A stretch of DNA of 64,000 nucleotides from an uncultured Nitrososphaerales archaeon (GCA_938091495.1 CALLJF010000012.1:32154-96153), one strand, 5' to 3'. Positions 1 through 10,395 are shown, counted from the first letter of the stretch. The notes: generated from the letters alone by a model not told the origin. Numbers and translations: made by a program.

Positions 1-257
1 CTGATAATTCTTTAGTAAAATGTTTCTAAGAATGGCCGTTTTTGTAGCTGAAGCAAGTTAGGAGGTACTTGCCACCAGCCTTAAAGAGTTCTGTAAACAT
101 CTTTGATAAAGAGCTCTCTATCATCAACAGTATATGATGGAAGCAACCCATGCCAAAGATGAAGAGCGTTTCCTACGATGGATCTTATCTTGACTTTCGC
201 AGCCTTGGCTTTCTCTTTGGCAATCTCAATAGCTCGTGGGGATATGTCTATCCTTCT
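1..257 (-). pseudogene. Remnant of a class I SAM-dependent methyltransferase (no N-terminus, frameshifted)
   Basis: Minus-strand translation reads DISPRAIEIAKEKAKAAKVKIRSIVGNALHL...DRELFIKDVYRTL*. One base out of frame it continues KAGGKYLLTCFSYKNGHS*. These resemble Rossmann methyltransferase segments. There is an in-frame TAG at 258-260, no start codon, an apparent internal deletion and a shift at a T-run. Not in the ORF track. Confidence 0.4.
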
Positions 258-380
258 CTATCTTATGGATAATTTTCTATATTCCTTTTGGCGTGATCCA
301 AACTCAACAGGTTCGCTTAATGCTGCTACCAAATATTAACTGATGCTTTTTTCAACTATAATGGCTGGGTTTGAATATGG

Positions 381-1703
381 TTAGGCTTTTGCTGTTACTT
401 TCTCTACAGTCCATCTTTGAGTGATCTCTTTTACAACCCCTGCAGCTATTGTTGTGCCCATGTCTCTAAGAGCGAAACGCCCTAACTCTGGTATATCCTT
501 AAACAGTTCTATGCAAAGAGGCCTTACAGGTTGAATCCTTACTATAGCTGAATCTCCTGTCTTTAGGGATTTGGGCTTCTCCTCAACTACTTGACCAGAC
601 CTTGGGTCTATCTTTGATATTAATTCAGTAATCTGAGCAGCCACCTGAGCAGTATGGGCATGCAATACAGGGGTGTATCCCGCTGCTATCGCTGTTGGAT
701 GGAATACAATTATTATCTGAGCAATGAACTCTTTAGCCACTGAAGGCGGGCTAGTAGGATGACCGATTACGTCTCCTCTTTTGATATCCTTTTTGGCAAC
801 ACCTCTTAGGTTAAAGCCTATGTTATCTCCAGGTATGGCTTGAGGAATGCTTGTATGATGTGTCTCTATAGACTTGACTTCTGCTGTTATCATAGATGGC
901 GCTATAACTACTGTATCTCCAACTTTTAGTACACCTGTCTCTACCCTTCCTACTGGGACTGTGCCTACGCCTGTGATAGAATACACGTCTTGAACAGGGA
1001 GGCGAAGAGGTTTATCGATGGGCTTTGAAGGTTCAACCAGTTGATCAAGAGCCTCATATAGCGTAGGACCTGTGTACCATGACATCTTTTCTGATCTCTT
1101 GACAAGGTTTTCACCCGTCCAGCCCGATCCTGGTATAAACGGAACCTTCTTCGTATCATAACCTACTGTTTTGAGAAGTTTCTCCACACCTGCCTTGACT
1201 TCTTCATATCTATCCTTGCTATAGTTGACGGTAAAGTCGTCGAACTTGCTCATGAATGTAACTACTTGGTTCACTCCTAATGTTCTTAGAAGGAAGGCAT
1301 GTTCACGAGTCTGTCCTCCGGGGCCTATGCCCACCTCATACTCGCCTTTCTTGGCAGATACCACTAACACAGCAGCGTCGGCTTGGCTTGCTCCTGTGAT
1401 CATGTTCTTGACGAAATCTCTATGGCCTGGTGCATCTATGAGAGTGAAGAAATACTTATCTGTCTCAAACTTCTGAAAGGCCAAGTCGATGGTGACTCCT
1501 CTCTCACGTTCGTCCTTTAATCTGTCCAGAACCCAAGCAAATTTGAAGGTATCTCCGGCACCAGTCTTCTCTGACTCCTTTGCATATTCTTCTATAGTGC
1601 GTGCATCAACCACGCCAAGGTCATAAAGAAAATGACCCATAGCTGTCGATTTTCCATGGTCGACGTGCCCACAAATTACAAGGTTCAAATGTGGCTTTGG
1701 CAT
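381..1703 (-). CDS. tuf: Translation elongation factor EF-1 alpha (aEF1A)
   Basis: 440 aa. GTPase motifs GHVDHGKST, DAPGHRDF and the overall EF-1alpha/EF-Tu layout are present. Confidence 0.95.
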   Translation of the reverse strand: MPKPHLNLVICGHVDHGKSTAMGHFLYDLGVVDARTIEEYAKESEKTGAGDTFKFAWVLDRLKDERERGVTIDLAFQKFETDKYFFTLIDAPGHRDFVKNMITGASQADAAVLVVSAKKGEYEVGIGPGGQTREHAFLLRTLGVNQVVTFMSKFDDFTVNYSKDRYEEVKAGVEKLLKTVGYDTKKVPFIPGSGWTGENLVKRSEKMSWYTGPTLYEALDQLVEPSKPIDKPLRLPVQDVYSITGVGTVPVGRVETGVLKVGDTVVIAPSMITAEVKSIETHHTSIPQAIPGDNIGFNLRGVAKKDIKRGDVIGHPTSPPSVAKEFIAQIIIVFHPTAIAAGYTPVLHAHTAQVAAQITELISKIDPRSGQVVEEKPKSLKTGDSAIVRIQPVRPLCIELFKDIPELGRFALRDMGTTIAAGVVKEITQRWTVEKVTAKA

Positions 1704-1776
1704 GCTTACCCACTTTACATCAAAATATAAAATCCTTTCGTTATATAAGGGTTAAGGTGCTTTGAACTCTTATTAA

Positions 1777-1855
1777 TGGCGGGCTCGCGGGGATTTGAAC
1801 CCCGGACCTTCAGCTCCGGAGGCTGACGCCCTGATCCAGGCTAGGCGACGAGCCC
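1777..1855 (-). tRNA. tRNA-Arg (anticodon CCG), CCA encoded
   Basis: The reverse complement GGGCTCGTCGCCTAGCCTGGATCAGGGCGTCAGCCTCCGGAGCTGAAGGTCCGGGGTTCAAATCCCCGCGAGCCCGCCA folds as a cloverleaf. Anticodon loop is CTCCGGA and the T-loop is TTCAAAT. Confidence 0.9.
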
Positions 1856-1925
1856 TAAAATTTAATCAGCTCGCTGTGTACATTAATAAAATTAAAAAGT
1901 TACGACTTTTTACTCCATATTGTAA

Positions 1926-2621
1926 TTGGACATAAAAGGCTTCGCTGTAGATGTAGATGGAACCATAACAGAGGATGGCGGAGTGATAAGCCTCGATGCT
2001 GCCTATGCTCTTCGCTGGTTGGAGAAGATGAATTATAGAGTGATTTTGGTCAGTGGAAGGAGTGCATGGGAGGCTTATGCCTTATCAGTATATCTTGGGA
2101 CGACAAAAGTCGTAGTAGGAGAGAATGGAGGAGTCGTTGCAACTTCTCCATTGGATATGATGTTACTTGCAGATATTTCCTATAGCTTGATGGCTTACGA
2201 TTATTTGTCAAAGAAAATTTCAAACGTTAAAAAGAAGCTTGTCTTCCCTCGCTTCACAGAAATTGTTTTGGAGAGAACCTTCAATATCGATGAAGGGAGA
2301 AGGGTTCTTGATGAAAGTGGCATACCAGTTACCATCAACGATAGCAAATATGGGTATCATCTCACTCATAAGAGTGTGAACAAGGCGGTAGGCTTAAAGT
2401 TGGCAGTAAAGCATCTTGGTATCGATACAAGCGAGATAGTAGCTGTTGGTGATAGCGAGATAGACATACCTATGTTCAAGATATGTGGCTACAGCATAGC
2501 GTTAGGAAACTCACCTGATAGTCTAAAGAATGAGGCAAGCTTTTCTGTTAATTTAAGCATGGGCGATGGGCTCGTTGAAGCAATTCAGCACGTTGCTGAG
2601 AAATTCATGAAGATTAAATAG
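1926..2621 (+). CDS. HAD-IIB (Cof-type) phosphatase, archaeal phosphoglycolate-phosphatase-like
   Basis: 231 aa. HAD motif I is VDVDGTIT, motif IV is GDSEIDIPMF, and the size and layout match archaeal PGPase-type HAD proteins. TTG start. Confidence 0.7.
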   Translation: MDIKGFAVDVDGTITEDGGVISLDAAYALRWLEKMNYRVILVSGRSAWEAYALSVYLGTTKVVVGENGGVVATSPLDMMLLADISYSLMAYDYLSKKISNVKKKLVFPRFTEIVLERTFNIDEGRRVLDESGIPVTINDSKYGYHLTHKSVNKAVGLKLAVKHLGIDTSEIVAVGDSEIDIPMFKICGYSIALGNSPDSLKNEASFSVNLSMGDGLVEAIQHVAEKFMKIK

Positions 2622-2633
2622 AGAGGATAAGAA

Positions 2634-4535
2634 TTGAGTTTTAGAGAGTTTAAGGAGCATGTAAAAAAGAGCGTAGAGATAGCCATAGGTGAGGCAGACT
2701 ATCCATTGATAGATTATGAGCTTTTTGAACCTCCAAGACCTGAATTTGGCGATCTATCAGCAAATGTTGCCTTCATGATAGCCAACAAACTAGGTCTTAA
2801 TCCACTAGAAGTGGCAGAGGCTATAGGAGATAAGTTAAGAATACCTGAGGATTCCTTGATAGCAGACTTTGAAGTCCATGAACCTGGTTACATTAACTTT
2901 AAGGTAAGATACCCAGACCTAGCCTACAGATCGATCCTTGATGCAATTTCTAAAGAAGATTATGGCTCATTGAATATTGGAAAAGGGAAGAAGGTTTGTG
3001 TCGAGCATACAAGCGTTAATCCTAACAAAGCTTTGCACATAGGTCATGTGAGAAACCTAGTTCTTGGTGACTCTATCTATAGAGTATTGAAGTTCACAGG
3101 CCATGATGTTCAAATATTGAACTATATCGATGACTCAGGATCACAGATAGCAGACATAGTAGTCGGTTTCAAGTATGCAGGCTTTCCTCTTGAGCCACCA
3201 GATGGTAAAAAGTTTGACCATTATTGTGGCGATCATGTCTATGTAAAAGTCAACGAATTATACGCTAAAAAGCCCGAGCTTATTATGAAGCAGAAAGAAG
3301 TATTAAAGGCTATGGAAGAAGGCAAATCAGATATAGCAGACTTTGCAAAGGAACTGACAAAAAGAATACTGAAAGAGCAACTTAAAACTTGCTGGAGAAT
3401 AGGAGCTTATTACGATTGTCTAAACTTTGAATCTCACATAATAGAGGCAAAAATCTGGGATAGATTGTTCAATCTTATGAAGGATAAAGGCATAGTTCAA
3501 TTCGTAAAGGAAGGCGAGCTTTCTGGATGCTGGGTCATAAAAATGGAAGGCGAGGATAAGGAGAAAGTGCTCAAAAGAAGCGATGGTACCTTGACATATA
3601 TTGCTAAAGACATACCTTACGCTGCATGGAAGATAGGCTTGATCGAAGATCCTTTTCAATATGATATATTCATAAAACAGCCCAATGGAAAAGACCTTTG
3701 GTCTTCAGTATCAGGAAAAGGTAAAGATGAGCACCCTTCCTTTGGTAATTCAGACCTTGCCATAACTGTAATAGATGTTAGGCAGAGTAGACTTCAAAAA
3801 ATTATATCATACATCCTATCTCTCTTGGGCGGTAAATCGGAGAAGAAGTATCTGCACCTTAGTTATGAAGTGGTCTCTTTGAGCAAAAAAACTGCTGACG
3901 AGCTTGGAATAACGATAGAGAAGAAAGAATTCATACATATGTCTGGTCGAAAAGGAATTTACATGAACGCTGACGATGTTCTCGATGCTTTGCATAAAAA
4001 AGCCTATGAAGAAACTAAAAAGAGAAATCCGGACGAGAGTGAAGAGTGGCACCATAACATAGCTGAGAAGGTAGCAATATCAGCCCTTCGCTTCGATCTC
4101 ATAAAGCAGGATTTAGACAAGATGATAGTATTTGATCTGAGTGAAGCTTTAAACTTGGAGGGTGAAACCGGTCCTTATGTTCAGTATGCTCATGCAAGGG
4201 CATCAAGCATAATTCAAAAGGCTGGAATAATACCGATAATCACTCTTGATGGCGCCTCCTTATTAAACGATCCTATAGAGCGAGAATTGGTAAAAATGAT
4301 ATCAAAGTTTGACCTTTACGTTGAGGAGGCTGTAAAGAATCTATCGCCAAAGACTCTCGCTAGATACGCTTATCAATTAGCTACAGATTTCAACGCATTT
4401 TATGAAAGGAAGCCAGTATTGCAAGAAAAGGATGAAACAAAGAGAGAAGCAAGGATAGCTTTGGTCCATGCTTTTAGAAACGTAGTGAAAACTGCTTTTA
4501 ATCTACTAGGGATAGAAACTCCTGATAGAATATAG
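2634..4535 (+). CDS. argS: Arginyl-tRNA synthetase
   Basis: 633 aa. Class I HIGH motif in NPNKALHIGHVRN; C-terminal anticodon-binding region with ARYAYQLATDFNAFY. Confidence 0.9.
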   Translation: MSFREFKEHVKKSVEIAIGEADYPLIDYELFEPPRPEFGDLSANVAFMIANKLGLNPLEVAEAIGDKLRIPEDSLIADFEVHEPGYINFKVRYPDLAYRSILDAISKEDYGSLNIGKGKKVCVEHTSVNPNKALHIGHVRNLVLGDSIYRVLKFTGHDVQILNYIDDSGSQIADIVVGFKYAGFPLEPPDGKKFDHYCGDHVYVKVNELYAKKPELIMKQKEVLKAMEEGKSDIADFAKELTKRILKEQLKTCWRIGAYYDCLNFESHIIEAKIWDRLFNLMKDKGIVQFVKEGELSGCWVIKMEGEDKEKVLKRSDGTLTYIAKDIPYAAWKIGLIEDPFQYDIFIKQPNGKDLWSSVSGKGKDEHPSFGNSDLAITVIDVRQSRLQKIISYILSLLGGKSEKKYLHLSYEVVSLSKKTADELGITIEKKEFIHMSGRKGIYMNADDVLDALHKKAYEETKKRNPDESEEWHHNIAEKVAISALRFDLIKQDLDKMIVFDLSEALNLEGETGPYVQYAHARASSIIQKAGIIPIITLDGASLLNDPIERELVKMISKFDLYVEEAVKNLSPKTLARYAYQLATDFNAFYERKPVLQEKDETKREARIALVHAFRNVVKTAFNLLGIETPDRI

Positions 4536-4586
4536 ATTTGAATTTCGATTAATAAGAACTTTTAATAATGATGATCGTAGGCTATC

Positions 4587-5813
4587 TTGATGATGTTCAA
4601 ACTAGTTTGCATAAACTGTAAGTCAGAGTATAGTCTAGATGAGATAATATATCGCTGCGAAAAGTGCAACAATCTTCTTGAAATTCAAACTGATTTAGAG
4701 AAAGCAAAAGAATTAATCAGTAAAAGAACCTTGGCTTCAAAGCCCCTCTCAGTCTGGAAGTATTCTGATCTTATCCCTGTCTTTGATAGAAATAAGATAG
4801 TAACCATTAATGAAGGAGGAACAAAATTATATAAATGTAGCAAACTGGCAGAAGAACTTGGAATCAAAAAATTATATGTGAAGAATGAAGGAGAGAATCC
4901 AACAGGATCTTTTAAAGATAGAGGAATGACCGTAGGTGTTACGAAGGCCAGAGAATTTAATGTAAGGGAGGTTGCATGTGCATCGACTGGGAATACTGCA
5001 GCATCCTTGTCTGCTTACGCTGCAAAAGCAGGTCTAAGAGGCATAATCTTGATTCCATTTGGAGCAGTTGCAATGGGAAAATTGGCCCAATCTATAATCT
5101 ATGGCGCCAAAGTGATAGCGATAAAGGGAAATTTTGATGAAGCATTACCTTTGATCATAGAGGCCAGCAAGAGCCTTGGACTATATTTACTGAATTCCAT
5201 AAATCCCTTTAGAATAGAAGGCCAAAAGACGGCTGCCTTTGAAGTTTGTGAACAACTCGATTGCCATGCTCCAGATAGATTCATAATCCCTGTTGGTAAC
5301 GCTGCTAACATATCAGCCTACTGGAAGGGCTTTAAAGAATTTTATGAATTGGATTTGGTCAAAAATTTGCCAAAGATGGTAGGGATTCAAGCGTCTGGTG
5401 CGAGCCCGATAGTTCAAGCCATAAAGGAAGGAAGAGATAGCATAAAGCCTGTGGATAATCCGAACACTGTTGCCACTGCCATAAGAATTGGTAAACCTGC
5501 AAGCTGGAAGAAGGCTTTAGCTGCAATAAAAGAGTCCAAAGGTTGTGCTGAATCCGTAAGTGATGAGGAGATACTATATGCTCAAAGATTGCTGGCAAGG
5601 AAAGAGGGATTGTTCGTAGAGCCTGCCAGCGCATCTAGCATAGCAGGTCTTAAGAAATTAATTGAATCGGGTTCAATAGACAAGGATGAAGAGATAGTCT
5701 GTGTTGCTACTGGTCATGGTTTGAAAGATCCTGATAGCGCCTTAAAATTCTATCAAGAGCCTATTGTGATAGAGCCTAGGTCTGATATGCTAAAAGAAGT
5801 CATAAAGAATTGA
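4587..5813 (+). CDS. thrC: Threonine synthase with N-terminal zinc ribbon
   Basis: 408 aa. N-terminal CxxC...CxxC. PLP-lysine motif NPTGSFKDRGM. The true start may be the ATG at 4590. Confidence 0.9.
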   Translation: MMMFKLVCINCKSEYSLDEIIYRCEKCNNLLEIQTDLEKAKELISKRTLASKPLSVWKYSDLIPVFDRNKIVTINEGGTKLYKCSKLAEELGIKKLYVKNEGENPTGSFKDRGMTVGVTKAREFNVREVACASTGNTAASLSAYAAKAGLRGIILIPFGAVAMGKLAQSIIYGAKVIAIKGNFDEALPLIIEASKSLGLYLLNSINPFRIEGQKTAAFEVCEQLDCHAPDRFIIPVGNAANISAYWKGFKEFYELDLVKNLPKMVGIQASGASPIVQAIKEGRDSIKPVDNPNTVATAIRIGKPASWKKALAAIKESKGCAESVSDEEILYAQRLLARKEGLFVEPASASSIAGLKKLIESGSIDKDEEIVCVATGHGLKDPDSALKFYQEPIVIEPRSDMLKEVIKN

Positions 5814-5820
5814 ATTACTG

Positions 5821-7104
5821 CTAAACATTAGCCTTAAGAAAGGATGCTATCTCATCTATTCCTATTTGCGTTTCGGTTCCATTTATCATATCCTTTGCGA
5901 CTATTTTCTTTTGTGAATACTCTCTCGGTGCTAATATCAATACGTATTTTGCATTCAAAGACGAAGCAACTTCCATCTGCTTTTTCAAATTCTTTCCTGA
6001 TAGATCATATTCGACTCTTATACCATTCTTCCTTAGTTCTGATGCCAGTCGAATAGCAGGCTTTATGAAATCTTTGTTTGCATATGCAACATATATCAAT
6101 GATAATTCTTCACTCTTAACCTTGCCTATCTTGGACAGTGCGATCGCTATTCTCTCAACTCCTCCTGCAACTCCCGTTGCTGCCAGATCTGGTCTATCAA
6201 AAACTGCTGGTAGGCTATCGAATCTTCCTCCTCCTGCCAAGGCTCCTATATCAATATTTTTTTCATCAAATACCTCAAAGACTATTCCATCATAATAGTC
6301 CAATCCTCTGACTATTCCCATGCTCAAAAGAACATTTTTCATCCCTCTTGTATCAAGAGATTCTGTTAATCTTATCAGATCATCTAAATTTTGAATCCCT
6401 TGCTCTCTTAATGAATTTATTATATCATCAGGCTTTCCTCTTAAATTAGCGAATTCTATGATCTTGTTCATGATGCTCTCATTTATCCCTTTATTAGCAT
6501 ATTCGTCTATGATTTGCTGAATGGTTTTCTTCTTTACTTTGTCCAAAGCCCTTAGTGCATCTAAGATCAATCTCTCATCATTTGTCTTCATCTCTCTTCT
6601 TACATATTCTTCGACTACCTTTCTATTCCCGATCTCTATAATACAATTTTTTAATCCAAGTTTATCAAATATCATATTCGTCAGTTCGATTATCTCTGCA
6701 TCTGCCTCTATACTTTTTGAACCAAAGATTTCTGCATCCCATTGATAGAACCATCTATATCGCCCATATTGAGGTTCATCATACCTCCACATGCTTGAGA
6801 AAGAACATAATTTTATTGGTAGTTGAAGATCACGGCGAGAAGCCACAAACCTTGTTAACCCTACTGTCAAATCGAACCTCAACCCTAGTTCTCTCCCTGC
6901 TTTGTCTTTAAAGTAATAAATTTCATCAGATATTGTAGGTCCGCTCTTTGCCTCCAAAGTGCTTAAGAGCTCGATTGGAGATGGCTCCATAAGCTTGAAT
7001 CCAAAAATCTTAGTAACTTCTAGAAAATTACTCCTTATCCTCTCTAACAGTTCAAAATCCTCTGGCTCTAGATCCCTCATCCCTCTTGGTAGCTGAAACT
7101 TCAT
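5821..7104 (-). CDS. hisS: Histidyl-tRNA synthetase
   Basis: 427 aa. N-terminal PRGMRD, class II motifs, and the GGGRFD motif. Confidence 0.9.
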   Translation of the reverse strand: MKFQLPRGMRDLEPEDFELLERIRSNFLEVTKIFGFKLMEPSPIELLSTLEAKSGPTISDEIYYFKDKAGRELGLRFDLTVGLTRFVASRRDLQLPIKLCSFSSMWRYDEPQYGRYRWFYQWDAEIFGSKSIEADAEIIELTNMIFDKLGLKNCIIEIGNRKVVEEYVRREMKTNDERLILDALRALDKVKKKTIQQIIDEYANKGINESIMNKIIEFANLRGKPDDIINSLREQGIQNLDDLIRLTESLDTRGMKNVLLSMGIVRGLDYYDGIVFEVFDEKNIDIGALAGGGRFDSLPAVFDRPDLAATGVAGGVERIAIALSKIGKVKSEELSLIYVAYANKDFIKPAIRLASELRKNGIRVEYDLSGKNLKKQMEVASSLNAKYVLILAPREYSQKKIVAKDMINGTETQIGIDEIASFLKANV

Positions 7105-7158
7105 TTTGTATTCTAACGATGGATTGCTATCTTGTTATTAAAATGTTTAATGATATCC

Positions 7159-7563
7159 TTAACTGTAGAAGGTAAGGCGCTTCTCTAATGGTGTATGCTG
7201 TCCAAAGCATTCCTTGTATGAATCGATCATACGCTGAATCTTTACAAAAAGAGTTTCTTTAGGATGATAACCTACTATAGATTCCATCGGTCTTCCACGA
7301 CAGAAAAGGATGAGCGTTGGTGTACCCATGACCCCAAAAAATTCAGCGATCTGAGTGTTTTCTTTGCTTGATAGAATATCGATCTTTGCTATCTTTAATT
7401 TGTCTGCAAAGATTCTTGCTGCCTCATCTATTAATGGATTCAGCTTTTTACACCATATACAGTGTTGATGCCAGAATTCCACTAAGACTGGCTTTTCCGA
7501 TTTGTTGACTTCTAATTCCCAATTGCTTGAATTAACCTCAACAGGAATTGTCAAAATGATCAC
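7159..7563 (-). CDS. Thioredoxin-fold protein (CIWC active site)
   Basis: 134 aa. VLVEFWHQHCIWCKKL followed by GTPTLILF is the typical Trx CxxC plus cis-Pro region. Overlaps the RFC stop by 4 nt. Confidence 0.75.
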   Translation of the reverse strand: MIILTIPVEVNSSNWELEVNKSEKPVLVEFWHQHCIWCKKLNPLIDEAARIFADKLKIAKIDILSSKENTQIAEFFGVMGTPTLILFCRGRPMESIVGYHPKETLFVKIQRMIDSYKECFGQHTPLEKRLTFYS

Positions 7564-9899
7564 TCTTCTTTAACTTTTGAAAAGCCGCTTTCTTTCCCTA
7601 TCCTACCTAGCTCTGCAATCATAGCGGTCAGTTGAATGTCAGGATGGGCTCCTACTATGAGCCTATAATCGTATTTTGCCAATGCTTCTGCAACCTCATC
7701 AAGATTATTTAATTTAAGCTTGAATACCTCTTCATTTACATACTTTATTATGTCTCTTTCAGACATGCCATAAACTCTAATAAGTTCTAGCAACTTTTCT
7801 CTTGCTTCCTTAAATCTCCCTTCCAAGGATAATTCTACCAATTCTCCTACCTTCGCCTTTCCCGATATTCCTGCTACCTTTTTTACATTATCTATGCTAA
7901 TTTCACCTAGGGATGAGGAGGATTGTAGCATATTTATTGCAAGTCTTAGATCTCCTTCAGTCAGTTCATAGATTAAGCTTAAAGCGTTATCAGAATACTT
8001 AACCTTCTCATTCTTACAAATCTTCTTCAAATGGTTTAAAACATCCTTTTCATCTATTCTAGAAAATCTAAAGATGGCGCATCTGCTTTGAATAGGCTCA
8101 ATTATTCCTGAAGAATAATTACAAATCAATATGAATCTGCAAATCCTTGAACTCTCTTCCATTATTCTTCTCAAAGCTGTTTGAGCATCACTGGTCATCT
8201 CATCGGCTTCATCAAGGATTATTATCCTAAAGGGAATCTCAACTCTCTTATCAATATATCTTGCAAAGGTCTTCACTCTCTCTCTTACTGTGTTTATTCC
8301 TCTCTCATCACTATTATGAAGTAGTATAGGCACTGTCCCTCCCCAGAAGGTCTCACTGCCTGGGACAGAGACGTCATAGACATACCCATCGTATTCCTCC
8401 AGCTCTATCCTCTTTACCATAACTACCGAAAGATCAGAATCGATCAGCCTTCTAACTCTCTTTAATAACTCTCTCTCTTCTTCATTTAATGAGGACATCT
8501 CTATCTTCTTTAAGACCTCTCTGGCCTTAATCTTTACGACCCTCTTAGACCTCTTGTAATACAGCTGGTGCCTCAGCTCGTACTTCCAATTGAACCCCAG
8601 CCTATTGCCTATCATCCTTAAGAACTTCAATAAAAACTCTGCCGGGATGAATTCGCTTCGTATGTAAGAGTAGCCTCCCAGTTGCCATACCAATCTCGCT
8701 TCTCTATCGAACACCGAAGTTTCTAGGCCAGATATCCTGCCCAGCCAAGCCACGTCTATTAGAAGTTCATTAGAGATTGAGGAATATCTGACGTGTTCGT
8801 TCCATCTGCCGCTCGCATCGCCCATGTAACCCATAAGAAAGGCATGCCTCAGCTTAAGGGGAAGGCTGAAGATGAAGTCAGGGACTCTCTTGTTCCCAGC
8901 AAGCCTACCACCTTTGTAAAAGTTGTCCCTAATGAACTTGGCCAACTGTGTGGAAGAGAGAGTCAGTTGAATTCCGGATAACCTTCTACTTGTGCCAGAC
9001 CTTATAAGATGAGTTTTGGAGGGTAAGTTGAGACTCTCAACAAAGTATTTAGAGACTTTGTTAGCAACCGCTACCTCTTCTGGATAACCATAGGTCAGAA
9101 CCAAGATGCCACTTGTATCTCCTCTGAACTCTATAGCACCTTCGGCCATGTAGTTGCCAAAGAGCCAGGCCGTTTCTTCATCTATCCTAACCTTATCGAT
9201 GATTCTATTTACCCTAGGGTTCTTTATCCTACCACTCCTCAACTCTGAGAACTCCTTTGGCCTGTAGCCAGATAGGTCCAAATCCTCCAGCTTGCCTTCT
9301 AACACAGTCTTAAAAGTTAGCAACAAATCTCCCTCCTTAAGTTCGCTGACTCTGACATCCCTCAACTCCCCGTCTTCGCTTATGGTCATCACAGAATGAT
9401 CAAGAGTAGTTTTTACGTATCCGCCATCAAATCTTATCTTTGCCACCTTGCCTACTTTATGCCTCGATATGTTCCTCACAGGCATGAAGTTCACGTTAAG
9501 GTCCTCATCAACCGATAGGATCTCCAAGCCTTCAGGGTATGCATATTTGGAATTCTGGTCCTTAAAGTACTCTTTAGCTAACTCGCCTATCGTTGTTCTT
9601 TTGATGACCCCTCCCTTCTTGACCATTATCGGTGTATCAGGGGTTACCGATGCGTTTAGCTCTAAAGTGTAATCTCTCCAATAGTCTTTTAGTATGCTTC
9701 TTGCTATGCATAAAGCAGCTGTAGTCTTTCCAGTTCCAGGAGGACCAGCGAATAACAAATGTGGCATCTCATTTGGTGAATTTAGCATGGATTTTAATCT
9801 CTCAACTATCGAACTTTGATTCACTAAGTCTTCTAGCTTTAAGGGTCTGTATTTTTCTACCCACATCAGATTCTCGATTGCCATCGACAAAGATATCAA
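7560..9899 (-). CDS. rfcS: Replication factor C small subunit, interrupted by one intein
   Basis: 779 aa. N-extein has WVEKYRP and the Walker A GPPGTGKTT, ending LELNA. C-extein reads SDERGINTVRERVKTFAR...ILDEADEMT...SRC. The extein total of about 333 aa fits RFC-S. The start may be an internal Met (9884 or 9866). Confidence 0.9.
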   Translation of the reverse strand: MISLSMAIENLMWVEKYRPLKLEDLVNQSSIVERLKSMLNSPNEMPHLLFAGPPGTGKTTAALCIARSILKDYWRDYTLELNASVTPDTPIMVKKGGVIKRTTIGELAKEYFKDQNSKYAYPEGLEILSVDEDLNVNFMPVRNISRHKVGKVAKIRFDGGYVKTTLDHSVMTISEDGELRDVRVSELKEGDLLLTFKTVLEGKLEDLDLSGYRPKEFSELRSGRIKNPRVNRIIDKVRIDEETAWLFGNYMAEGAIEFRGDTSGILVLTYGYPEEVAVANKVSKYFVESLNLPSKTHLIRSGTSRRLSGIQLTLSSTQLAKFIRDNFYKGGRLAGNKRVPDFIFSLPLKLRHAFLMGYMGDASGRWNEHVRYSSISNELLIDVAWLGRISGLETSVFDREARLVWQLGGYSYIRSEFIPAEFLLKFLRMIGNRLGFNWKYELRHQLYYKRSKRVVKIKAREVLKKIEMSSLNEEERELLKRVRRLIDSDLSVVMVKRIELEEYDGYVYDVSVPGSETFWGGTVPILLHNSDERGINTVRERVKTFARYIDKRVEIPFRIIILDEADEMTSDAQTALRRIMEESSRICRFILICNYSSGIIEPIQSRCAIFRFSRIDEKDVLNHLKKICKNEKVKYSDNALSLIYELTEGDLRLAINMLQSSSSLGEISIDNVKKVAGISGKAKVGELVELSLEGRFKEAREKLLELIRVYGMSERDIIKYVNEEVFKLKLNNLDEVAEALAKYDYRLIVGAHPDIQLTAMIAELGRIGKESGFSKVKEE
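8313..9650 (-). mobile_element. Intein (446 aa) with LAGLIDADG homing-endonuclease domain inside rfcS
   Basis: Starts with Ser (SVTPDTPIMV, block A). Has TLDH (block B TxxH). Two LAGLIDADG-like motifs: WLFGNYMAEG and FLMGYMGDASG. Ends VPILLHN followed by the +1 Ser of SDERG. Coordinates were checked codon by codon. Confidence 0.85.
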
Positions 9900-9924
9900 A
9901 TAGGGTATTTATAATTCTGTATAT

Positions 9925-10350
9925 CTAAAGCCTTGCCCTTTCTTTCCATAATATCCATAAATTTATTATGAATATTACCCATGCAGGACCAATTACTCCT
10001 CTTATTTCTAATCCTATCCAGAATAATAGAAATGTAGATGCTAATCCTATGATTATGGCTAATGCTGATACAAATTTCAAATACTTGCTTATTTTACCAA
10101 TATAGAACTCATATCCAGCATAAAATCCTAATAGCGCTGATGCAATGTATGGGATAATAAACATCATACTAGCTTGAACTAAAGCGTTAAAGATTAAAGA
10201 TATGATAAGATATGCACTAGCTGTTATATGCAATAATGCTAATCCTTCGAATTTTGGAGTTTCAGCTATTGCTCCAAGCCTTGCACCACAATTGCCACAG
10301 AACTTTAAATTTGTTGGATTATCGAATCCACACTTCTCACATTTTACCAA
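9925..10350 (-). CDS. Zinc-ribbon (CxxC-x11-CxxC) N-terminal domain protein with about 4 TM helices
   Basis: 141 aa. MVKCEKCGFDNPTNLKFCGNCGARL is followed by hydrophobic segments. TTG start. Full-length member of the repeated 5'-end family (see 11043..11279 and 11740..11835). Confidence 0.7.
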   Translation of the reverse strand: MVKCEKCGFDNPTNLKFCGNCGARLGAIAETPKFEGLALLHITASAYLIISLIFNALVQASMMFIIPYIASALLGFYAGYEFYIGKISKYLKFVSALAIIIGLASTFLLFWIGLEIRGVIGPAWVIFIINLWILWKERARL

Positions 10351-10378
10351 ATTTTATCATCTTTGCTTCATTCGATTC

Positions 10379-10395
10379 GATTATTTAACTTTTCA
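10379..10395 (-). promoter_or_regulatory. BRE/TATA-like promoter element upstream of the zinc-ribbon gene
   Basis: Gene-sense sequence TGAAAAGTTAAATAATC lies 29-45 nt upstream of the TTG start. The same 17-mer is at 11311..11327 and a near copy at 11761..11778, with the same spacing to their ORF starts. Confidence 0.5.

Noticed and set aside
4560-4600. C/D-box sRNA suggested by ATGATGA ... TGATGA
   Set aside because: No CTGA D or D' boxes at the right spacing. The sequence is the thrC start region (TTG ATG ATG).
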